Notes: a model not told the origin generated them from the letters alone. Shown: positions 28,350-40,350, counted from the stretch's first letter. The stretch: 49,468 nt of DNA from Octopus sinensis (GCF_006345805.1 NW_021834333.1:1-49468); one strand, 5' to 3'. Program-made: numbers and translations.

Positions 28350-28700
28350 TATATATAATATTAATTCGAGACAAAACCACTATTTGCAAAACAAACAAGG
28401 AAAGACTTAATCAATACATAAAAATTTTAATATAAAGTAAAGTAATAAACCGCCACTACAATGTTTCATGTCTTCAAATGACATTCCTAAGGTGGAATTC
28501 CGATCTTCTAATCAGTTTTAATTTAAATTAAAACTGATTAGAAGATCGGAATTCACCTTAGGAATGTCATTTGAAGACATGAAACAATTGTAGTGGCGGT
28601 TTATTTACTTTACTTTATATTAAAATTTTTATGTATTGATTAAGTCTTTCCTTGTTTGTTTTGCAAATAGTGGTTTTGTCTCGAATTAATATTATATAAT
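28350..28700. repeat. Loopless ~350-bp palindrome adjacent to (TA)n/(CA)n, carrying an HHR-like motif in each arm
   Basis: Centre at 28524/28525 (TTTAATTT|AAATTAAA). Arms are near-identical apart from a few single-base indels. Confidence 0.92.
28554..28596 (+). ncRNA. Minimal hammerhead-like motif with G5 substitution
   Basis: CAC-CTTAGGA-ATGTC-ATTTGAA-GACAT-GAAAC-AATT-GTA-GTGG. The mirror copy in the left arm extends stem I to CCAC/GTGG. Confidence 0.55.
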
Positions 28701-29077
28701 ATTTTACTATAAAATTGAATTTAACCCTAAATCTGATTTTTTTCCCTGTAATTTTGGATTTATTCCCTAATTTATTATTATATATATATATATATTATAT
28801 ATATATACACTCAATATATACGTATATATTTACACGCATACAAACAGAAATCAATGGGTTTTGCATATGTATTTTAAAAACAATTGACATATAATTGTAC
28901 TATTAGCTATTAATATAATCATAAGTTTATAATGACGCCAGTGTGTCTAGGTTTATCTACAAATATTGTCTCAGATATTTGTAAGTCAAACATTCTTCAA
29001 ATTATTCTTAATCCAACAGATCTTCAATTTTATATTGATTGTATTTATTTATGTATATATACACATGTTTGTATGTG

Positions 29078-29124
<47 letters not shown>

Positions 29125-29792
29125 GCATACTTATATGAGCGCACATACATACACACACAAACACACACACATATATGTGTGTATATACATATACTATACA
29201 TGGCTAATATTGGTAAAATGAGACATACTTATCTGCATGGCTGAAACAGCTGTAAGATATAGTGTATTTTATATTTATATCTATTAATATTTATTTATTT
29301 ATATCCTCTTATAATGATTGTACTTATTGTATTGTATTACTCATTCATGTACGCTGTTTTGTTATATATTTTTATGTTTAACCTTAATGTTCTTATGTAG
29401 TGGTTTAATAAAGTATGTGATTGGGTATTATCTGGTAGTTGATAAATGATTTAGATGTATTTCTCCATTTTCTTATTTTGTATTATTAATTTATGGTAAA
29501 CATAATTTTACCTTTGCCCATGTAATACAGTAAATGAATTAATTGCATCGCAGTTCTTAACATTTATGTATTAACTTTGTTGGGTACTTCACTAACAGTA
29601 TATTGGATATATGCTATCCCATGGAAGGTTGAATTTGCAACCCCTATCTCAATTTGTTAACTTTCTGAGGAATCTGAATTGCTCATACTTGTGTATTCGA
29701 AACATCCACTCATTGCTCTAAATATTGATAGTGTATGTGAATATACCCTAGTATAGTACATTTATTCCTGCAGGATCATTACTGCTAGTAAA

Positions 29793-32700
29793 ATGGAGAA
29801 GATACTAATTAATTCATCAATGAAGGATGTAACCATCCCTACTAAAGACCACTACACTAAAGAGCTAATTTATAGAATTAACGAGTTCATTCACAGGATA
29901 AGATGGAAGATTTTCCACTATGTAAACAGTAATAACAAAACGAATCAACAACGTAGTGGCGAAACTAACCGCAATGGAACAGGAAGTACCTATGAGGAAA
30001 TAATCAAACTAACCGGTAACAAATTTAAATCTAGGAAATCTCCTCCACCAAATAAACATCTGGATAACTTCGAACAGGAATTATGGGACACCATCAAAAA
30101 TATCAAATTTAAAAATCACCCTTTGAGGAATAATCCGCACCAAAGAAAGTTAAAGGAACTAATAAGAACTCTTATGGGTAAGAATGGTATTTTAACCCAT
30201 TCTGATAAAACCAGTAACATTTATAATATTGACATCCTTACATACCATGATTATGACTGCATAAGGAAATTACAAAGAAAATATAAAATTGTACCTTTAA
30301 TACACTTAGGGACTAAACTTGAGGTTAGGAAATAATGTTTGATTATTATCTGGAAGATAAACTGAACCTTATACCCCCCATTAGACCGAGAATTACACTT
30401 AAGGACCATACGGAAAACTTTCTTGGTAACACAGCGTCAGATTATTTGCCCTACCAAGTCTGACTTATTCTTGATAAATATTTACCGACTATACGTAACA
30501 ATTAAACTAGCCTTTGGAAAAATACTCAAAGTGCATTAGATTGGTTCTCTATCATTAAGGTTTTGATAACAGTAGCGGTAAATTCATCCAATTGGATATA
30601 CAAAATTACTACTCCTCCATTAACCCTATTATATTAATAAGGCTTTAATTTTGCGCTAGGAGACCCCAACTTAAGTATGGGGGAAGTAAAGGTTATCTAA
30701 CAGCTAGAAAACATTAATAGAGTTGATAACAAACTATGGGCTAGAAAGGACACCACCCAATTTTATTCGACATTACCATTGGCTCGCCGGTTCAGCGGAA
30801 GTGACGGATTTGGTTGGGATATATTTACTCGATAACCTTAATAGGGAATTCCCTGAATTAAAGGGCGGACTATATAGAGACGACGCTTTATTTTTGGTCA
30901 ATAACACATCTAATAGGAGGCTAGATTTACTGAAAAAAAGACTACATAAATTTTAAAAAAGTTTTGGCTTACCCATAATTATTGAAAACGAAAATTATTC
31001 TGCCAATTATTTGGATGTCAATTGCAACCTAACTAATGGGATACATGAACCTTATATTAAACCTAATTCTAACTTAGTATATATAAACTACTCTAGCAAT
31101 CACCCCCCTCAAATTAAAAAGTCACTAGTACGTAGCATTAGTCAGAGAATCTCTTATCTATCCTCAAACGGGGACATATTTAATAAACATTGTGAAAGAT
31201 ATAATCATCATCATCATCATTGTTCGACCGTGGTCGAGACAATGGAATTTACTATGTTGCGCCAGACTTCACGGTCCATCATAGCATTACGGAGGTCCTG
31301 TTGCTGGATGCCTGTTTCCCTGGAGATTACATCAGGGTAGGAGAGTGTGCGCCCTCTGGTGTTGCGAGTAGATGGCTTCCAGAGGAGAAGAGTAGAAATT
31401 ACTTCTTTTTCAGCTCTACAACAATGTCCAGCAAACTGGACTCTCCTACCTTTCACAAGAGATGACACAGGTGGTAATTTCCCATATATTTGCATTTTAG
31501 TTGGATGGCGCCTCCACGAGAGATTTTGATATAATACGGCATTGCTTAAGGCAGGCTACAAAAGTAAAATTTGGTATATACCCAATAATAATCATTCGAA
31601 TAAAGGTGGAACTATTGCGAATAACACAAATAAATTTCGGAGAAACAATAATAACTGTAGGGTAAAGAAATATATGATATATAAAAATACATATGGCAAT
31701 AATATGAGTTTTAATACTTTTGGAGCTGTTGACGTTAGTTTAAATAACTTAGCGCACAAAAGTGATAGTAGTAATATTAACAATATGCATAACAAAAATG
31801 ATATTATGTATGGTAATAGTAAAGTTTATTTACGCAATAATAATTATAGTAATTATAATAATAATAATAACAATAATAATAAAACTAATTTTAAGATAGA
31901 TCCTAGGCATAACATTGACAATGTTAAAGGTAGAAAGCATATGGGATGGAAGGGAAATAAGGTCTTTACCAAAAATAACAATTTGATAGGTAACCCACAT
32001 AGCGATAACGATACACTATGGCTAATAATCCCATATGCAATGCAGATAAAAACAGATATAGTTGGAAATATACATAATTTATTATATAGGCACTTTGTTA
32101 GGGATAGAAATAAATTTGGTCAAATAATTAACAATAGAACTGTTAGAATAGGATATAGCATTGCGCATAATTTAGCCACTATCATCTCCTCATTTAATAA
32201 CAGGAAATTGGATTGCTTCTATAATGATAGAAAGATGAATTTGGGTAATAGTAATTTGCCTTTCTATAATCGTAGAGGCAATAAATCTTTTAGAACTAAC
32301 GTGAACAACCCTCTTAATAATTATGATAGTACCATACCTGTAAAGAAAAATACTAATTTAATAGATGATACCACTATCAGCAATACTATTCCTATGGATA
32401 AGAATATCACCAATATATTAAACATAAACACTCGTTAACTTTAATTAGATAGTGAAAATATTATAATACTATTAATAGGAATAGAGTTACAGGGAATTTT
32501 GCCAAGGTTAAACTACCTCAATCTGTTGATAACTGCAATTTCAGAAATAGGAATCAATGTGTGTTTGGTAATGAATGCCTCAAGAAAGAGGTAGTTTATC
32601 AATGCACTGTAGATACACAATATAGCAGTAGGGTATACATCGGTGCAACTAAGAATACTTTTAAAAATAAAAATAGGATGTATTCTACGGGATTAAGTAC

Positions 32701-32890
32701 ATATATTTGGGAACTCAAAAGTAAGAAAATAGATTTTAAATTAAATTGGGAAATACTAACTTCTGCACCTGTATACAATAGTAGAAATAAAAAATGCTCT
32801 CTATGTATTAATGAAATTTTTTTCATCATCAAAGCTGGACTACCCATTATTAATAATATTAATGAGCGGAATTTTTTTTTGCATTCATAA
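29793..32890 (+). pseudogene. Frameshifted PLE polyprotein (N-terminal domain, RT, Asn-rich linker, GIY-YIG endonuclease)
   Basis: SMKDVTIP...Y..ELI.RINEFIHRIRWK; HSDKTSNIY; DLVGIYLL...GGLYRDDAL; LDVNCNLTNGIHEPYIKPN...YINYSSNHPPQI; NCNFRNRNQCVFGNECL..VVYQC...VYIGATKNTFK; KCSLCINE. Confidence 0.9.
31206..31527 (-). mobile_element. 5'-truncated RTE-type LINE 3' end nested in the PLE, with 8-bp TSD GATATAAT
   Basis: GKLPPVSSLVKGRRVQFAGHCCRAE...SIVSTTVEQ* then (TGA)n tail. TSD at 31198-31205 and 31528-31535. Removal restores the PLE frame KHCERYN|TALLKAGY. Confidence 0.92.
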
Positions 32891-33329
32891 ATTAGCGTAT
32901 ACTTTCTCTAGATTTAAATAGCACCTAGCTTTTCTACCAGTAATCTTTTAACATTCCTCTATATTGGATTGTACTATTGGTCTTTATTATTTGAAATTTA
33001 TGATTTATAAATTTATAACTTTGTATCTACATATATATGTTCTATATTGATTGTTTTTTGTCCCGACTTGTAAAAAATATACTAAAAATATATATACGTA
33101 TTTTGGTATATGCATGACACTCTGATCTTCAGGGAGAATTCCACGGATGGCGGGTGTATATGCGTATCTTATCTTGGGGAGTTGGTTTGAGATTCTGTTA
33201 TATTAATATATAATGAATGCGAGTCTATATTGAGTATATGTTGTTAATTTTGGATGAGCATATGAGTTTTTGCATGTATTTGTTTGGCAGTCTTATATAT
33301 TAAGTTTATCTTTGTATTCATCTTAATTT

Positions 33330-33469
33330 GCATTTTATGTTATTTATCTATTTATTTATTTATTCATCTATATGTAGATATATACATATATTACTATTTA
33401 TTTTTTACTTGTTTATTTATTTATTTTATTTTATTTTATTTTGTTTTGTTTTATTTTATTTTATTTATT

Positions 33470-33508
<39 letters not shown>

Positions 33509-33620
33509 TTTCTATATTATTTTATTTTATATATTTTTAAACTTTATTATTTTTATTGTATTTTATTTTATTTTATTTTATATTTTATATATTATATTTT
33601 ATATTTTATATTGCTGGTGA
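33330..33620. repeat. (TTTA/TTTTA)n low-complexity tract in PLE 3' region
   Basis: Direct inspection. Confidence 0.9.
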
Positions 33621-34802
33621 GAGGTTGAATGGAAATAAAATGGTAATACAACGATATAGCAGTTTCAGTGATGTGATGGTATGTTTAAGAAATGTACAGT
33701 GTTATTTTGATTATATATCGTAGAATAATAACGTATTTTGACTATTTACAATTAATCTACTTGTATCTTAATTAATAGTATTTTCTGTTACCTTATTGTG
33801 CCCGTCCTTTGATGGGCAAACATGTATTTTGTATTTTATAATTTAGTAAATATTTGAATAGAAACATAGTGGAAATGTAAAGATATAGAACATTTTTTTA
33901 GTGGTAGGATAGTTTGTTTACGAAAAATACGGTGTTATTTTAATTATGTACCTTATGATAATTTACATTCTTCATATGGGTATAAATGTATGTATCATTG
34001 CATATACGAATTTATGAATATATGTGAGTGGATCTGTTTGTAAGCATGTATGTGTGTGTAAGTGTGGGCTAGTATCTCTTATGTTATGTTGTGATTTGGA
34101 TGTGTATGTGCGTATGTGCGCACGTTTGCAAGTGTGCGCGTGTGGATGTTTCTCAACTAACCAACCGTAAAAAAATTGTAATCTAAATTTAAAAGTATAA
34201 GCCAATTAAATTCCGGCGTTCGTTTCATAACTATTTCGGAAATTAATAATATATTAGTGTCACAATAGAAATTATTAATTCACATGCATCTGTGGAAATT
34301 AACACACCATGTAAACTGATGACTTGACTGCTTTTTTTGTATGTATGTGCAAATATTAATGCCTTGCATAATACTGTGGTATCATGTTGGTCCCTAGTTT
34401 TGCTACTATATTGCTAATTATGTGATATATGTATTGTTTTATTAGTATTTATGTTATTAGAAATAAGAACATGATATTGGTAGCATTAATGATGTTGATA
34501 ACAGTACTGATGTTACATTAATGACTTTTTGTAAATTAATATAAGTAATACTGACTCTATATTCTGCATTGAAGTATGAATATGTCTATGTTCTCTACGT
34601 TGTAATATCTTAATATTAAGTTGAAAAACATTGAATATGGAACATATATAGATTTATTGATTATATTATTTGTATTATTATGTATATGTATATGTGTATG
34701 TATAAGAGTATGAGTATATGCACTCATATATTATGTAAATGATTTATTATGGGTATGTATTTACTTATATGAGTATATATGTAATTTGGTTTATACTTTA
34801 GA

Positions 34803-34927
34803 ATCTCCGAAGAGCCTAGGATATCTTTGTAAATGTCTCATTTATAACTTCATATTGACATACTATACATGGCTAATATTGGTAAAATGAGACATACGTA
34901 TCTGCATGGCCGAAACAGCTGTAAGAT
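34803..34927 (+). ncRNA. Hammerhead-like motif with extended stem II in PLE 3' terminal repeat
   Basis: ATCT-CCGAAGA-GCC...GGC-C-GAAAC-AGCT-GTA-AGAT. The stem II insert contains the helix ATGTCTCATTT/AAATGAGACAT. The 5' repeat has only the 3' half (GGCTGAAACAGCTGTAAGAT). Confidence 0.65.
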
Positions 34928-35146
34928 ATAGTGTATATTATATTTATATCTATTATATTTATTTATTTATATCCTCTTATAATGATTGTACTTATTGTAT
35001 TGTATTACTCATTCATGTACGCTGTTTTTGTTATTATTTTATGTTTAACCTTAATGTTCTTATGTAGTGGTTTAAAATAAAGTATTGATTGGGTATTATC
35101 TGGTAGTTGATAAATGATTTAGATGTATTTCTCCATTTTCTTATTT

Positions 35147-35208
<62 letters not shown>

Positions 35209-35595
35209 CAGTATTCATGATGTTTATATCCTAGTGCATTTCCCAGTCAACATCAAACTTACTAGAAGCGACTTAAGAAAACACAGCAGATTACGACGTT
35301 ATGGACGGATTATATATTGGTTATCTATAATACTTGGTAGGTAAAAGCTTTCGTACAATTGGGAGCAAATAATGTATTCTTTTAGGATCTTCTTAGATTC
35401 CAATCTTAGAAATAATTCAAAAAGTCACTTACCAAATATCTATCCTACAATTTCCCCAAAGCATTTCATTATATTTGAAACATGTAAAAAAGTTGTACGG
35501 AATGTAATTAAGAAATTGAAAAGTATTTATAAAGGAACAGGCAAATGTTAATATAAAATCTATACGTTTCATAAACTAGTAGATACCTAACTTCC

Positions 35596-35640
<45 letters not shown>

Positions 35641-36099
35641 ACTGTGCCAGTGTCCAGGTCAAACGTTTTAGCAATACAATAATAAAATGAAACAGGTAAA
35701 GAGAAATAACTGTACATGTATATTCAAATGCTTCTCATGATTCTGCCATTACGTATGTTGTTAACTCAGGTTCAATACACATTCTTAGATACATTAAAAC
35801 TGTGATATATTCAAAACTCCTTTTTGGAATTGAATCTCGAAGTACATATAAAACTATAAATAATAGCATATAAATATTGGGGTGAAAAAACCCCTGTTGG
35901 ATAGATAAAGTCGAAGGCTGCCATTGAGACTCGAACCCACATTGCTTGTAGACATGCTTTGGTACAATGGTAGAACGCTCGACATGTCTGTCAAAAGACA
36001 ATGTTTGCATGGTATTATTTATAGCTTTATCCATTCCCAAACAGAATTATTCTACGTCTCTCAAAGTTATAAAGTTTTTTAATGCCAGTTCTGTCTGTC

Positions 36100-36143
<44 letters not shown>

Positions 36144-36144
36144 G

Positions 36145-36205
<61 letters not shown>

Positions 36206-36206
<1 letters not shown>

Positions 36207-36522
36207 AAGAAAATGAAGAAAATGCAGACAAAATAATTTAAGTAAGGGGAGTGTATTTATTAGGTGAAAGTTCTTTTTACCGGTTGCGCATTTGTTATGC
36301 TTATCAAAAGATATTTTTTTAAGAGAGATAGAGTTCCTTTCTGATGAATTTTTTCTCTTATCAGATAAGAGAAACAAATTCTATCAGAAAGGAACTCTAT
36401 CTCTCTTAAAAAATATCTTTTGATAAGCATAACAAATGCGCAACCGGTAAAAAGAACTTTCACCTAATTAAATACACTCCCCTTACTTAAATTATTTGTC
36501 AGCATTTTCTTCATTTCCTTTT
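36206..36522. repeat. ~320-bp fold-back element between (TA)n tracts with a degenerate HHR-like motif
   Basis: Arms meet at CTTATC-A-GATAAG (~36357-36369). Motif TTGATAA-GCAT-AACAA-ATGC-GCAAC-CG-GTA at 36420-36449; stem I is weak. Confidence 0.88.
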
Positions 36523-36557
36523 TTTATATCACAACTCGTGTTCCACATCTCCTTTTT

Positions 36558-36616
<59 letters not shown>

Positions 36617-36640
36617 ATATATTATATATATATATATATA

Positions 36641-38132
36641 TAAGAAAATAGTAAGTGTGAAAAAACGACAGAAGGCTTAAATGTTAAAATATATATATTT
36701 GTGTCAACATGTCTGGAGAATATTCGAAAATTTCTTTTTCCTTTCCTTAAAATGACATAATTTTAAAATTTTTAAAGAAATTACGGTTTCGCGTGTAGCT
36801 TTTCAATTTCTTGTGACGTTATGTTATATTGCAATGGAGTTATCGTTGTGTTTATTTCCAGAGATTTCTAAATAAGGGAGGTATGTGAGTGATTTCTTCA
36901 ACCTTAAATAGAAACAGACATTTTTTACAAAGCCACAGACGCCAAACAATACCTTCTTTTTAATTCATGCCACCCAAGACCCACTAAAACAAACCTCCCC
37001 TTCAACCTTGCAAGAAGGATATGCACAATAGTGTCAGAACAAATACCAGGAACTTGACTGCAAGAACTCAAAAACACCCTAATTGACAGACATTACCCAG
37101 CTCAACTCATAGAGGATGGGATCAGACGTGCAACAGAAATCAACATAGAAAGTTTAAGAAAAGTTCAACACAACACCCTTCCCCGAAAATACTACCTTTA
37201 CATATCATACAACCCCAGAAACAAAGAAGCCTTCACCATCATCACCCAGAATTTACCATACTTCATAAAAACCCAAATTAAAGGAATTCTAAACATACAC
37301 CAAATCATTAAAATCTACAAACAGCCTAAATCACTTAAAAGATTCTCACAAAGACAATTGTCTTCTAAAATTACGGATGCAAAGTAAAAAATGTGGTAGA
37401 TCGAACTGTGCAACATGTCCTAACCTATGAAAGGATCAGAATTCTTCTTTAAAGAGGGACAGAAATTCAAGATCAAATCTAACTTTACTTGTGGCCTCTG
37501 AAAACATAATTTATGTTATTAAATGCTCGGGCTGCCACCAAGACTACGTGGGTTCCACGGGACTATCACTCAGCGTAGATGCACACTGCATCGACAACGA
37601 GATTGCATTCCCAGAATATAGAATGATCCTTTTAGTGAGCACATTGAGAAATGCGCAAAGCAACTACTACTGCCACAATTTTTAATCTTTCCCATTTTAC
37701 CAATGTGCTTTCGGATCATCAACACAATGAGACGAACAAGGAAACATTCTTCATTGAAAAGTACAAACCCAGACTCAACCATCCGAACATACTGACACAC
37801 AGAGAAATTAACAAGGAAAAGGGAAAAAAAATTTTAAGCAATTATCTCCCTTACACCGGAAGAATCACTCACTACCTCCCCTTATTTAGAAATCTCCTGG
37901 AAATAAACACAACGATAACTCCATGGCAATATAAACATAACGTCACAAGAAATTTGAAAAGCTACACGCGAAACCGGTAATTTCTTTAAAATTTTAAAAT
38001 TATGTCATTTTAAGGAAAGGAAAAAAAATTTTTCGAATATTCTCCAGACATTTTGACACAAATATATATATTTTTTAACATTTAGCCTTCTGTCGTTTTT
38101 TCACACTTTACTATTTTCTTATATATTCACCC
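36641..38132 (+). mobile_element. 5'-truncated Neptune-type PLE with an inverted copy of its 3' end at the 5' side, inserted in (TA)n
   Basis: FNSCHPRPTKTNLPFNLARRICTIVS; CGRSNCATC zinc finger; CASENIIYVIKCSGCHQDYVGSTG (GIY-YIG); KETFFIEKYKPRLN. 36641-36897 is inverted relative to ~37860-38132. Confidence 0.9.
37947..37986 (+). ncRNA. Minimal type-I hammerhead-like motif (U3-A8 core variant, GUA site)
   Basis: AAGAAAT-TTGAAAA-GC-TACAC-GC-GAAAC-CG-GTA-ATTTCTT. 7-bp stem I and palindromic ACCGGT stem III. Mirror copy near 36775-36815 on the minus strand. Confidence 0.7.
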
Positions 38133-38158
38133 ACGTGCTTTACCAAACAAACTTTCTC

Positions 38159-38228
<70 letters not shown>

Positions 38229-38354
38229 TTCGACGTATGTAAACAAAGTTTTTTTAAAAAAAGAAACCAAACTCTGTTTACATACTAGTAATTTCACATA
38301 TAGTGTTTATAAAAGCTAAATTTATAAGTTCAAAAATTGCAGAAGAATTTGCTA

Positions 38355-38570
38355 GTGAGCAGTTTAGCTTAAAGGTGAAGCACTATGACCGGTAATCACA
38401 GAGATGTGAGTTCGAGTCTCATGGCTGGCCGCGAACAAATTTTTCTGCAATATAAGGATGTTCTCCGCTGAGGTCGACTTTGCCTTTCATCCTTTCGGGC
38501 TAGATTAACTAAGTACCAGTTCCGCAATGAAAATACTGTTTCGGAGATTAAACTCTGATTAATCCACGAT
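38355..38570 (+). mobile_element. tRNA-derived SINE
   Basis: A-box-like TAGCTTAAAGG and B-box GTTCGAGTC, then GAGGTCGACTTTGCCTTTCATCCTTTCGGG...AAGTACCAG, a central domain shared with 47325. Confidence 0.75.
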
Positions 38571-38779
38571 AGATAAATAAAATGAGTAAACAAAACAGAT
38601 AAATAAAATAAATAAATGAAATAGATAAATAAAAATTATGATTGAGATACATGAACATTTAAATGATTTTATATTCCAGCTTTATATACACAAGTAGTGG
38701 TATCACAAGATCGAAGTAAGTTAATTTTTTCTTTTTCTTCATCATCACCATCTTCTACCCCATTTTGTGCTTTTCTTTT

Positions 38780-38880
38780 TTCTTCGAGACTCGAGCAAAG
38801 TGAAATGAAGTGTTTTACTTAAAAATACAACGCATCGCCCTCTCCAGGAATCGAAACCAAAATCTTACTATCATAGTTAC
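38780..38880 (-). mobile_element. Degenerate SINE fragment (different family)
   Basis: Minus strand GGTTTCGATTCC B-box followed by GCGTTGTATTTTTAAGTAAAACACTTCATTTCAC. Confidence 0.45.
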
Positions 38881-39549
38881 TCGTTATTTCGTACCATTCG
38901 GCAGAGATATCAGATCTGAGAACCTTTCCATATGGTCAGGCTTTATATGGGGGAAAGACCTCAAGTGTGATTCCAAACCATTTCTCTTACTTCGTTCCCT
39001 CCATAAAGTTTCACGCTTTTCCAACACAATGCATACTAATATCCACCAGATATCTAGCCATGCTGGGACTCCCAGTAATGTTGCCTTTACAGCCTTTCTT
39101 TCCGAATATGCAGAGAAGAGAGAAGCGACCACTGAATGTTCTCAGCCTTAAATAGGTCCTTGATCCGCTAAGCTGCCTTGTCTTTCATGTACGTTTGATG
39201 GCCTTCCGTACATCATGAAGGACATTTTCTACTTGAGCGTTAACAGCCGTCTACAGCTGACGCAGCAATATATAAGGGACTTTGTAACACTTGCGGCTAG
39301 AGCTTCAGTAGAGGGCGTAAACTCTACCCTCCTCATCTCAATTTTCATAAATCTAGTAGAGTGGTGTAATTTCACTCTTTCACCTATAAATTTCACTCTT
39401 TTACTTATAAATTCTCGTGGAGATTTCTTCAGCGAAGAAAGCTTTGCTATTGTTGCTGTTGTGGTGCTGTTACTGTTGTTGGTGCTGTTGTTCCTATTTT
39501 TGTTGCCATCGCTACCTTTGCTACGTCTTCTGCTGCAGCTTTTCTTATA

Positions 39550-40064
39550 TTTACCCTACGTGCGTAAGCGAAAGCAGGGTATTTCAATTACTCGTCTTCG
39601 TCTGTTTGTCTGTGTGTTTGCAAAATTACTGGAAAACGGCTGAACGGATTTTCACCACATTTGGCAGAAATACTTATTGGGTGAGTGGCTCGAAATGATG
39701 AACATTAGGTTTATCTTTAAAAAATTTTTTTTCTACTCGAACTTACACATTTCCCGTGTGTGTGTGCGCGCGCGCGTATACAGTAATAGATTCGAGGGTG
39801 TCGTGTATTTACGATTTGATTTCTTAAGTTTACCGGATTATAATTACCATTATTGGTGATGCCTAAAAAAATAAATAAAAATTTAAAAATCGAACTTACA
39901 AATTTTCTGATAAGCAAGTTGACATATTATTTTGTTCACATTCTTTTTCATGTGAATTGGCCCTTGTCTGCGTGTGTATAGACCTTGGTGTACCAATGCG
40001 CGTAGACACGTGTGGGTACATACATATATGCATACATACATACATACATACATACATACATACA

Positions 40065-40099
<35 letters not shown>

Positions 40100-40350
40100 G
40101 AGACTGTGTGTGTGGGCGTGCGTGCGTGCGTGTGGGCGTGTGTGTGTATACACTGATGGATTCGAGAGTTTCGTTTATTTACGAGTTGATTTCTTAATTT
40201 CACCGGACTATAAATACTAATAATGATGATACTTAAAGAAATTGATTCAGTCCAATTAAAAAGCATGGGTAAGCAACGCATTGTAAACCACACTATAATT
40301 TGCGGAAAAGTTTATCTGCGCGCAGGGTATGTATCACCCCTCCGAATCCG
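39550..40350 (+). mobile_element. Non-autonomous Helentron-associated element (HINE/DINE-1-like)
   Basis: 5' TACCCTACGTGC (39552-39563) with a nearby partial inverted copy GCAGGGTA (39574-39581). 3' subterminal inverted repeat GCGCGCAGGGTA (40318-40329). CTGTTTGTCTGT microsatellite plus AAAACGGCTGAACGGATTTTCA block. Internal (CATA)n. T-rich flanks, no TSD. Confidence 0.6.

Larger units (their letters stand above)
29191..35151 (+). mobile_element. Near full-length Naiad-type Penelope-like element with direct terminal repeats (pLTRs)
   Basis: ~290-bp direct repeat 29191-29483 / 34860-35151 flanks an ORF region 29793-32890 and a ~2-kb AT-rich 3' region. Confidence 0.9.

Noticed and set aside
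29660-29710. CTGAGGA...CGAAAC in PLE 5' region
   Set aside because: Stem II overlaps the core and there is no NUH triplet or stem I.
32520-32890. Selenocysteine (UGA) codons reported in some Naiad GIY-YIG domains
   Set aside because: The Cys positions here use TGC/TGT. No in-frame UGA at a Cys position and no recognisable SECIS by eye.
38355-38430. Possible tRNA gene
   Set aside because: A/B boxes are present but there is no complete cloverleaf, and it runs into a SINE central domain.
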